A DNA stretch of 64,000 nt from Chrysomallon squamiferum (Eukaryota > Animalia > Mollusca). A program made the translations under genes and the position numbers. The DNA lies in assembly GCA_012295275.1 (NCBI GenBank), contig CM022672.1, forward strand, positions 32,984,001 to 33,048,000, read 5' to 3'. Of this stretch, positions 48,060-60,264 are shown piece by piece; position 1 is the stretch's first letter; the number at the start of each line of letters is the position of its first letter. The notes under the pieces are model-generated. The model searched no databases, had not been told where the DNA came from, and saw nothing but the letters and a program-made list of their open reading frames with translations.

Positions 48060-48398
48060 AAACAATAATAATAACTGCAGTGATAAGAATAATTTCAATA
48101 AAATAACAACAACAAGAACAATAATAGCAAAACTGTAACAATATCAACATAATCTAAAGAACGAAGAAAATTTATATGAATTACTGAATTTATTCAAACT
48201 ACCAGAAAATGGAAAAATCAGCCATATTTGTGTTTTAGATGAGTAAAATAAAGTTTTGGTTAAACTGGTATTTTTATCTGCTGCTGATCAGTGTAATTAA
48301 TATTTCCACATCAGCACTGTATTAAATGTAGGTCGCAGTGACCTAATTTAAAAGAACCAGCAAATTGTATTAAATTACAGACTGGTTGTGTGTTTGTC

Positions 48399-48431
<33 letters not shown>

Positions 48432-48972
48432 CTGTGTGTGCGTGTATTAAATTCTTAGAATATTTTTCTGTTAAACAAAGTTTAGTCATTTATAATAAAG
48501 TTAAGTAAAAATATTACAGCACGTAATGGATCCTATTTCAGTTTTTATTTGTTAACAGTTTTTAATCTACGGTTGTCTCCAGATAAAAAGTAGAGTTAAG
48601 ACAAGACATAAAATATTTAATTTGTGCAACATAATGTCTAATAAAAGTATTATAAAAATTATATTTTAACATAAATGGGAAATAATGTGTCAGAGAACAA
48701 CAAAACACAATTTTATTAAATTTAGTCTTTTACTGAAATCGATGTATTTATTGAAATGTGTATTGAATGTATGTGTGTGTGCATGTATGTGTGTGTGTGT
48801 GTGTGTGTTTAGGTGTACACAACATATTTGCATGTGTGTGTGCTTGTGTGTGTGTGTATATAAAATGCATAACTGCAGGTAATATTTCAAACCAGTCTGT
48901 AATTTAATATATATATATATATATATATGCATGTGTGTGTATTTTATATATATATGAGTGCGTATGTGTGTG

Positions 48973-49009
<37 letters not shown>

Positions 49010-51089
49010 TACTGTATATATTTTTTTATTTTTTTTTCTCTAACAGTTGGCCAGTGTAAGAAAGAAAAATGTCACAAAAGCGTGTATCAGCTGACTGATA
49101 AACCAGACGCAGGAATGGCGCTGAGAAGTGAGACAATGTCAGCTAATTGGAAACTAATTAAGAAAGGGGGAGGAGTGCCAGATCAGTTTCATCTGTCGTC
49201 TGCTGGGGACTGTTGCTGTGGGACCAACGATGACATTTGCTGTTAGATAGAAAGAGGAAGGAAAAGGACACAGGACTAAAGGTAATTATTTTTATTTTTT
49301 ATTTTTTTCTATTTTTATTTGTTATTGATTTGTTTGTTTGTTTATTTTAAGAAATAATTATTAATTTACTAGTATAATTTATATAAAAATAAAAAATTTG
49401 AAGAATTGAAAATTAGATATATATATACACACATAGACACACACACAAACACACACACACATATACACATACACACTCACACACACACACACACATATGT
49501 AGATAGATAGATAGATAGCTACATACATACATGCATACATACATACATACATGCATACATATATATATATATCATTAATTCATTATTTTGTATGTAATAT
49601 AGTGGGGTTTTCTTTATTTTTTTTCTTTATTTTTTTTCAAATACTTTTTAAAGTCTTTAAAAATAAATGCTGTGAGATTAAATCCTTTTATTCATGAAAG
49701 AAAAAAACTTTAAAAAAATGTAATTTCAGAATTTAATGTATTTGTGTATTACACAATAAATTGCGTTTATTTCACTTAGAATATAATTTTTTTAAATACT
49801 TCATGACATCTGCTGATATTATACATAATCTTAATTTTCATTATAAACTCAAAATTAAATATTTTTTTTAAATCCAACTGATATAATCTTTAACTGATCA
49901 AATTATGTAGTACACATTGTATCACAGCATTATAATAATGGACAAACATCATAACTGATGTTTTTTTTTTTTTTAATTCTACCAAACTACACAAACATAT
50001 ATCTACACATACACAAACAAAACATAAGACATATGCACACATACAGACAGATACACACTCAGTTAAGTCTACATACACACATGAACAACACACATACACA
50101 CACACAAACACATATATATACACAAACATACATAAACATAGACACACAAAGTCAAAGTAATTGTTCTTAAAGGATAAAAAGTAAATTATAAATAAAACAA
50201 TATTTACTGTTTCTACAGCAACCAGCAATTTAGAATATGTCTTTTGTAGATTTAAAAAAATATGTGTGTGTGTGTGTGTGTGTGTTTATTATTCAAATAT
50301 TTTTGGAAAGTTATTTCAAATACTAGGAGCAATTATTTCGCAAATATCACTGTTACTGTAAATTGAAAATAACATCTTAAAGGTATTTTTCTGTAAATAA
50401 AAAAAGCAGCAAATAATTAAACTGAATTAGAAAAATAATTAAATTAATTATAAAAAACAAATTCACTTTTCAACATTGTTTTCTGAACCATGGTATAACT
50501 AAATGAATGAATGAAAAAAATGAATGAATGAATGTAGAAATAAATGAATGAATATTTACTGACATCCCAATCAAGAAAAAAAAAAACATCTGCTACTGGG
50601 TGTAAAACTGTTGTAATGAAAAAACAAAAAAACATGTTGATCAACATCTGTATAAAAAGTAAATAGTTAAATTAAAACGTAATTTAAAGAAAAGTTCAAA
50701 ATATACAAATATCCAAAGTGAGATAATATTTAAAATTTACAATAAAATGTAATAAATAAGAGTTTGTTTTTTTTAAAAAAAGAGGGGGAAAAAAGGAAGG
50801 AAAACAAAAAATCCTGGTAGAATCCCGTTTTTGTTTTTCTTCTTTGTAAAGCTCCACCTATTTGTGTCACATTATGTCTGGGGTCAACGACCTTCAAATA
50901 CACTGAAACCAAAAAAAAATCTTTTTCTTTTCTTTTTTTCACTTTTCTTTTTTTTTTGTCTCTTAAGAAAGGTCAAACAAAAGAATTTACAATCAGGTTT
51001 CAATGACATCCATTTTGTTGCTATCAGAATTTTTTTTCATCTTTCAATTGTGTTGGATATTTTATGGTCTTTCTGTGTGTGTGTGTGCA

Positions 51090-51121
<32 letters not shown>

Positions 51122-51622
51122 CATGTGTGTGTGTGTGTTCGTGTGGTATGTATATGTGTGAGTGTGTATATTTGTGTGTGTACATGTTTGTATCAGCATA
51201 CCTGTGTTTATATATGTAAATATACAGTCAGAAAGAGACTTTACATATTACTTTATTATTATTATTATTATTATAATTATTATTATGAGTAGTACGTAGT
51301 TTATTTTTAATTTAAGAAAAGACATAAAATATTTAATTTTTTCAACATAATGTGTAACAAAAGTATTATAAAAATTATATTTTAATATCAGTGGGAAATA
51401 ATATGTCAGAGAACAATAAAACACAATTTTTTAAAATTTAGTCATATTCTGAAATCGATGTATTTATTGAAAAAACTTTAGGAATTAAAACATATGTGAA
51501 TGTGTGTGTGTGTGGTGGGTGTGTGTGTGTTTGTGTGTGCTTAAGTATACATAATATATTTGGATGGGTGTGTATATAAAATGCATAACTGCTGGTAGTA
51601 TTTCATATCATTCTGTAATTTA

Positions 51623-51653
<31 letters not shown>

Positions 51654-54600
51654 CATGTGTGTGTATTTTCTATATTTATGAGTGTGCATTTGTGCATAAT
51701 TATCTATGTATATATATACACACATGCATATATATTACTGTATATTTCCTTCTTTGTCACAAAAAATGCCACAAAATGAAATACAGACTGATGCACTATT
51801 TAAAAAATATGCAATGAATATTTTTGAACTTGAAATGTTTTTGTAACTCTTTTCTAATTGTTGTTGTTACTGTTGTTTTTGAGGGTCATTCTTGTGCATA
51901 ATCTTTCAGGATGTGTAGATATTAATTCAGAATAAGATGAACTGCCTGAAAACATTAAGTTTAACTCTGAATTTAAAAAAGAAAAATGGATTAATTAGCT
52001 GATTATCAGCCAATTTCAGATTATAATATTTCTGAACCTGGAATCAAATAGAAAAGGCAATTTCACAAACTCTTTAGTATTTCTCTCCATTATGTTTTCA
52101 AAAACAACACTGTCTAATATAACAGATAACTTATAACAATAGTTTCACAGATTTGTGAATGTTCTTATGAGAATCCATCTTTCAAAACTGTAAACTGTAA
52201 ACCATAATCATCCTCATAGGAGTTTCAGAATTTCATAGAGTTCAGTAATTTTACCAATCTGTTAATAATCCTGTCTATTTAAGAGTTGAAAAAAAACAAT
52301 ATTATTAATTGCCAGAGATATATTCTTTATATAACAATTAATAAATAAATAATATAAATAAATCATTGTCCATTTCTTTCCAGTTTCATCTCCAAAAAAA
52401 ACAACCCACAGAAAACATCATGAAGCATCAAACCATCATTACTCTGACACTACTCTTCATCATCGCCACGGCAACAACCTTCACCTTGAGCTGCCCCCAA
52501 TCCTGCAAGTGCTACAACAGCAGCACCATCGTCGACTGCTCCAGACGACAACTCCTGTCACTTCCGCGCCATCTTCCCGCATCGGCAACGACGTTCAACA
52601 TCGCCAACAACCACCTCGGCCCCTTCGTCAACGGCACGTTGTCGCGCATGAGAAACCTCACTGACCTTGACCTTTCTCACAATGGAATTGTGAGAATCAC
52701 TGGCTGCTGTTTCAAAGGACTCTTCAAGCTGAAGAGGCTCAACCTGAGAGGAAACCAGATGAGAATTCTTCAAGAAGACCTCTTCAGCGACAACACCGAC
52801 CTCGAGTTCCTCGACCTCAGTGGCAACAAGCTGGAAACTTTACAAGAACCGGCATTCAAGTATCTGCGGAACTTGAAGGAGCTCTACCTCTCCGACAACT
52901 ACTTCACCCAGCTCAAGTTTGGCGTTCGACTGCAAGTTCTGACTAACGTGGAAGTCCTCGACTTGTCGTACAACAACTTTGGCCATATTTCCCATGATGC
53001 ATTTGAGATGATTCAGCCATGGAGTACGTCTGTCAAAGCGGTCTCTCAATCTGGCCAACTGTCAGATAACGTCAATCGAAAACAGCACTCTGAGCACGTA
53101 CAATGGTTTGCACGAATTGATTCTGTCTGGAAACAAGGATCTTAGTGTTGAGAATCTCACCAATGTGTTGCTAGATCTTCAACACAAACGGTTAAAAAGA
53201 CTGGACATTTCTTACATGGATTTAATCTCCGTGGATACACTTTTCGTAAACACCCAGTACCTGGCCCTGGAACATCTCAATCTGTCCCACAATTTAATTT
53301 CTTCTGTGGGAAATGTCTCCTTTAACAGTATCCAGCATTTGAACTCTTTAGATTTAAGTTTCAACAACCTTTTGAATTTCTGTTACGAATTTTCCACTCT
53401 CACTAATTTGAAAACGTTTGACGTTTCACATAACAACATCAGCTTCATCGACGGTTCACTCATCGAACCACTTTCCGGTTTACAAGTGTTCAATGCTTCG
53501 TACAACAACCTCCGACACAGATCTGACGTTCAACTGTCATCTGTCAGACACCTAAAACATCTTGACCTCAGTCACAACCAGCTGGATGGAATTGTCTTGC
53601 CCGGCAGTATTTCAGAAATGGAGGTGCTGAACTTTGCCCACAACAAAATTTCAGTGCTAGAACTGTTGCCGTCGGCAACCAAACTAATTAAACTCGATGT
53701 CAGTTACAACAACATATCCATTGTTGGGCCTTTCGTGTTCACTGCAACAAGAATGATCAAAGAAGTGAATTTTCGCGGAAATGTGATTCACGAGGTCGAC
53801 CATCAAGCTTTTGTGCCAAATAATCCAGAGGTCATCGACCTTTCAGGAAACCGTCTGACCTGGCTCAAATACTGCAGCTGGTCAGACGTACTTCAGCTTA
53901 ATCTGTCGAACAACAGGATTAGCAAAGTGGATTACCAGGCTTTCTACACGATGAACAAACTGAAGGTGCTGGATCTGTCCAACAACAGAATAGAAACGCT
54001 GCACTCTGAAACATTCAGACATTTAACAAACGTGAAACATCTCAACCTCAGTCACAACAAACTGAGAATGAGAGATGAAGACGAGAATCTTGCAGAGCTC
54101 TTCCAAAGCCTGTACTCCTTAACTGACCTCGACATGAGCTTCAACGACCTGACCTTCATAAACTCCACGTCCCTCAAGGTCAGTGTGGACGCAGAAGTTA
54201 TCTCCCTTTCGAACAACAAATTCCCATACGTCCTTCCCGCTCTTTTCAGCGAGTTGAAGAAGCTCAAACAAATCGATCTATCCCACAATCCTTTTGACTG
54301 CGGATGTGAGCTGATTTCCCTGGCAAACTGGATCAAACAGAACGAAAACATTCTCCTCGTTAACGATTCCAACACCAGCTACATCTGTGATTCTCCTTAC
54401 CAACGGGCTGGGCTCAGCATCCTCAACTACAACACTGGGACCTTTGAGTGCAGCATCCACCTCCTCTTCCTCACCATATTTGGGTCCATCAGCGTCTTGC
54501 TTTTCCTCGTTGTTCTCGCGGGAGGGTTTCTCTGTCACTACTATCTCAAATGGAGACGAGAGGATTTGCCAAAAATCAAAATGGCTGCCGCTGCCGAGAA

Positions 54601-56873
54601 GGAGGCGAAAATCGACAGAGTCCGCGTGTCGGCAAAGTCAGACATCGAGGCATTTCCCGATGACCTGATGAGCGACATCGACAAGCACGTCAGACTCAAC
54701 ATGAAACCACTGCAGAACGGCGATGTGCCAAAACAATCGTCCACTGACCACAGAAAAACCCACGATCCTTCTTCGTATGAATGCAGAAACGATGGCAGTC
54801 CGGTACTGAATCACGTGTCGAAACTTGACCACAGTCCAGTCCACGAGGATGGTTCAGATTACAACGAAACAAGCAAAAAGCTTTCGTTCAGTCAGCCCAA
54901 TCTGGACCACAGGTACAATCCATACGTTTATCCAGTTTTCAGCGACAGCTCTCGTTGGCAGACGGTAGCCAACGGAAACCATCGTCCTCACGGTAGTCTA
55001 CCCCTGGCCAACAGCAGCAGCTACCCTTACAGCTACGGCTTGGCAAAAGAATTTTTCATCCTCGACGAAAAGAAGAAGAAGAAAATCGAGAAGGAAATGG
55101 AGCAGAGAGAGAAAGAAAGGAAGAAGAGGGAAAAGAAAGAGAAAGAAGAGAGAGAGAAGGAAAGAAAGAGGAAAGAAAAAGAGAAGAAACGGAAAGAAAA
55201 GAAGTTCGAAGAAAGATCTCGACACCATCACAAAAGGCATCCATGGAGAGCAAGCTCACTAGACAGGTACCAGCCGTCTGCTAGATGGGATCCCAAGGGA
55301 AGAGATCAGTGGCAGATTCTGCAGTGGAACGCACTCAACAAACGTTACCACGACGGAAGACTTCCCGACCGAAGCACGACCCTTCCTCCACCCAACAAAA
55401 TGGCCTACCACAGAGGCTACCCCGTGTACCCGCCTCTCCCCAGGGACAGGTCGCACAGCTTGCGACCCCCAGCAGTGGGCAGGCGCAGTCAGAGCAGCTG
55501 GGAACTGCCTGACGGGTGGTTCGCTAGAAGAGCTACTCTGCCGGATGCCAGGCTTGGTCGAGAGAGCTTGCTGCAGAGTGCGCAGTACAGACGGCACAGT
55601 GAGGAGAATGAAAGGAGGAGGAGGAGGATGTCCCAGGAGTACAGGAACTGGAGGAAGCTGAGTGAAGAGTGCAATCCCGAGGAAAACTACGCGAGACAAA
55701 GACCTTCAGAGATGACGTCTGCCAGATGCAGTCCAACTGAGGTGACCTTCGACCCTGTGCTGTTGGTGAGGAGTAACGTTGATCTGAGAGAGAAAGTTAA
55801 ATTTCAACCTTACAGAACCGATCTTGCAAGACAACTTCATCATCATCAACATCAACATCATCAACAACATCAGCAGCAGCAGCAGCAGCAGAAAAGAATC
55901 ATCCCAAGAAGCAGAAGTGAAATTGTTTACTCAGGACCAAGTGAAGATGTTTGGGAAGACAGAACTCCGCATGTCAGCCATAACGAACTTTCCAAATCTG
56001 TGTCTGTCTCGGAATATGGCATTGAGAGGATCCCGGACAGAGACAGGACACCAGGAGACGTGAGACAGAGACAGGAGGAGCTGACAGCTGGCAGGAAAAG
56101 ACAGGGAACATGTACATGACTCTAGAAGAGTTCTGGAAGACAGATCCACCTCCCCAAGTACAAAACACACTGCCGAGGTGCATGTTGATGATGATGATGT
56201 AGTAAGAACAACACCAGATCCAGATTATCCTAGAGAAGGAATTATTTCTGGCTGGGTTTAGCAATTTAATTGTTCTTAATAATAGATATTTAAAAAACAT
56301 CTATAAATTTGAGATTAAAAACTGTATATTAAATCTTTATCTAGTCCTGAACACTATTTTTATTCTTAGAAATACTGAACTGAATAAAAGAAACAATGAA
56401 AACAATGCCATATTTAATATAAATATAAGATGTATTCTGATAGGCTAATGCCAGATTTACCAGCCAATGGGAAACATGTTATGTGCATATGTGTAAAACT
56501 AACAGTGAATGGTAACATTCTTTAGTGCTTGTTTGTAGTATTTTTGGTTTTTCTTCTCTTCAGTGAATTTTGTAATTCCTTTAGGATTCAGAAAAATAAT
56601 AGAGAAATCCTCTTTTTTAAATTATTTTTTTCTAATCTGAAAATCCTTTTTTTTAAATTATAATTATATAAAACAGATGACGTACAGCTTGAAAAAAATG
56701 TTTCTAAAAAATGCTGTGAAATATCATTAACGCTTTATGAATTCAAATGAGTTTTGACCAAAGACTTCAGTCGTGAACTTGTTACTGTGATGTTTTATGA
56801 ATATTGTAATTAAATTATTCAGAATGATAAATATGGCTTGTGTCATTTTTTAATTGTGCATTTCAATTGTTAA

Positions 56874-56904
<31 letters not shown>

Positions 56905-56908
56905 CTCT

Positions 56909-56946
<38 letters not shown>

Positions 56947-56984
56947 GCCAGAATTGTATATATATAAAAATATGCAATTTAGTA

Positions 56985-57054
<70 letters not shown>

Positions 57055-57375
57055 CTGGACTAGTCTATATATATATAGAGAGAGACTAGACAGAATTTGT
57101 AACTCAGTATAACGAATGCATAATAAAGAAAACTTAACAAAAACAAACAAAAAAAGAAAAACAATAATGAATTTTGTCTAATTAAATATATTTGTATAAC
57201 ACCTGAAGATTTCCTGAACTCACAAATCCATACATAACACTATACAAAGCAAATATCTCACACACACACAAACATTTGTACAAACTCTAATTTTATATTC
57301 ATTGAATATAAATCTCTTTTACATACATACATATCATAAACACACACACACACACACATACACTGAGAATACATA

Positions 57376-57421
<46 letters not shown>

Positions 57422-58958
57422 GTCTATTTGCTAATTGTAATTATTTCTATGTGAAATCTTTTGTGTGTGAGGTATGTAAATTATTGATGATCATTATTTT
57501 TATATATTATCATTCAGTACTATGTAATTCACTCACATTATGTTAATATGTCAATAGACATTATTGTATTTATCAGCATCCTGTTATTATCTTGTATTTA
57601 ATCTATATATCTGTATTAATTTCACTGTTAATTAATCTATTAATTATGACATTATAAATTTTTTATAATCAGCTAACCTATTCTTTATTTGTTTTTTTAT
57701 TTTAATAGCATTATTATTATTAATATCATTACAATTATTGATGTGTAAATTCATTAAATTTGATATTATTATTTCTATAGAATTACACAATACCAGTTAA
57801 TAAAAAATGAAATAAAAATGATAAAGAAATGCAAAAAAGAAATAATGAAAGTCTTTAAGATTTTATCTCTCAAAAAAAGAAAAAAACATTCTTTCGATAA
57901 CTGATGACACAAAACTTATCTGAAATTGATTAACATTTACCAAATTATTAACGTCTTTATTATTTTCAAAAAAATAATCAAACAATATCAGACATTAGGT
58001 TTGTGAAATACCAGATCTTCGTTATAGTCAAGTGAAATAAAAAGATAAAAATTAAGAATAAATTTTACGAAGAAGAAATCTAACCATGTCTGTTATGTTT
58101 TATTTTTTACTCAAAGTTAATAAATAAAAACTAAAAACTAGTTTTAAGAAGAAATTTATCTCTATTATTTGTTTTTTATTTATAGTTAATAATGAATTCA
58201 AAATGAGTTTCAAGAAAAAGAAATCTTACCACATCTGTTATTCCTTTTTTGCTGGCAGTTAACATAGACTCCACCTCACTGTTTGAAGAATGTTTCTGAA
58301 AGAAGAAAAAAACAAGACAGATTAGAATAATAATCTTGCTACATTATCAGATATAGTACATTATAGAATAATAATCTGTATAAACTGTCAGCTACAGTAC
58401 ATTACCAATAATTTACTTTTTGAAATCACACGTTAAAAAACCAGATTAATTCATGAGAAATGTATCTATCAAAGGATTTTCATTCTTATTATATTTTTTT
58501 TTTGTTTTGCTTTTCTTTATTATTTATTTATTTATTTATTTTTATAAAGGAAATGAAAAAGAATTTTGATAACTACAAACATACATACAAATATACATAC
58601 AAATATACATACATACAAACACACACACACACACACAGTAATTAATTGCTGTTTTAGAGAGAGAGAGACAGATACACACAGACAGACAGACAGACATGTT
58701 TTACCCATGCACCAGGCATCTTTAAAGCTTGAACTGATCCTGTCTTTGAGTTGAGAACTTTCTGAAGAATTTCAACACTGGTTCCTTTAAATACACTGCT
58801 TACATCTTGAATCTGCAAAAACAAACAACAAAAATTAAAATCATTCATAACATCTGTGCTTTATTTTCAGTGCAGTCAACTTAAACAAAATGTTAAACAG
58901 CAGACACAAAACAAAAGTTAGAAAAACAGCTACGTAACATCCATCTTTTGCATCACTT

Positions 58959-59003
<45 letters not shown>

Positions 59004-59413
59004 ATACACATATACATTCAGTCACACAGAGAGAGAGAGAGTGAAAGAGGGAGAGAAAAGGATAGATAAAGATATTTAAACAATTTTAAAATGGTTTATC
59101 TGAAAAAAAAAAAGTACTAAGAGTTAATTTTAAAAATGGATTAGGTTAAAAAAAAAAAAACATTCAAGTATTCACCATCATAGTGAGCCTGGTGTCAGGC
59201 TTGTCACACCCATATTTTGACATTGCGTGGTGGTAAGTCATTCTGGGGAACGGTGTCTTTAACATGCCCTTTTCTTCTGGCCACGCCCATGCTACCAGTT
59301 CTTCAGTGAGGCACATAATCCCTTCCTGGTCTATAAACGACATCTCTATATCTACCTGTAATTAATTCATTAATTAATTAGCAAAATCACAATCAAACCT
59401 GTAACTGAAATAT

Positions 59414-59463
<50 letters not shown>

Positions 59464-60206
59464 AAAATCAATTATTTTAATTTCAATACCTACCTGTAAT
59501 TAATTAATTTGTTTCAATATCTACCTGGAATTAAATTAAATTTACATTTTTTAATCTACCTGTAATTAATTAATTTATATTTCAGTACGTATTTGTAATT
59601 AATTATTTTAAATTTCAATAGATACCTGTAATTAATAATTTACATTTTATTATTAATTACTTTACATCTCAATATCTGTCTAAAATTAATTAGTTTACAT
59701 TCAATATCTACCTGTAGTTAATTATGAAATTTTTATTTCTTTACCTATTTATTAATCAGCTAATTAACATCTTTTCTTTATCAGAAAATTAATTATATTT
59801 TTGTTTATTTTATTTTTTATATGTCCAATGAAAGAAAAATTTTAAACATATTTAATAAAGAACATCTCAAAAAAAAAAAAAAAAAACTTTTGCATTTTTA
59901 TTTATATATATTTGAAAATAGATGAATCGAATTTATATTTTACTGTTCCAGAATTACAGATTAGATGGTCTTCTGTTTTGCAAAAAAAAAATTTTTCAAA
60001 GAAAATTTAAACATTAAATTTAGGCCAGAGCAAAATACTTTTATTATATTTTTGATTAAACTGTTACCATTAAAGAATATATCTAATCTAAAATGAAAAA
60101 TTTTGTTTTAAAAAACCTTGACTGTATAGCAAAGATACTGGAGTTCACATCTATGATAGACTTTAGTAAATAATATATCTGTCTATAATTACAATTTAGT
60201 TTTAAA

Positions 60207-60264
<58 letters not shown>

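Noticed and set aside
41124-48150. Poly-I, poly-L, poly-T, poly-Y, ER-repeat and SL-repeat ORFs
   Set aside because: Simple trinucleotide and dinucleotide repeats in introns, without splice or domain support.
52558-56300. Many short alternative-frame and antisense ORFs over the LRR gene
   Set aside because: Expected in GC-richer coding DNA; no recognisable domains.
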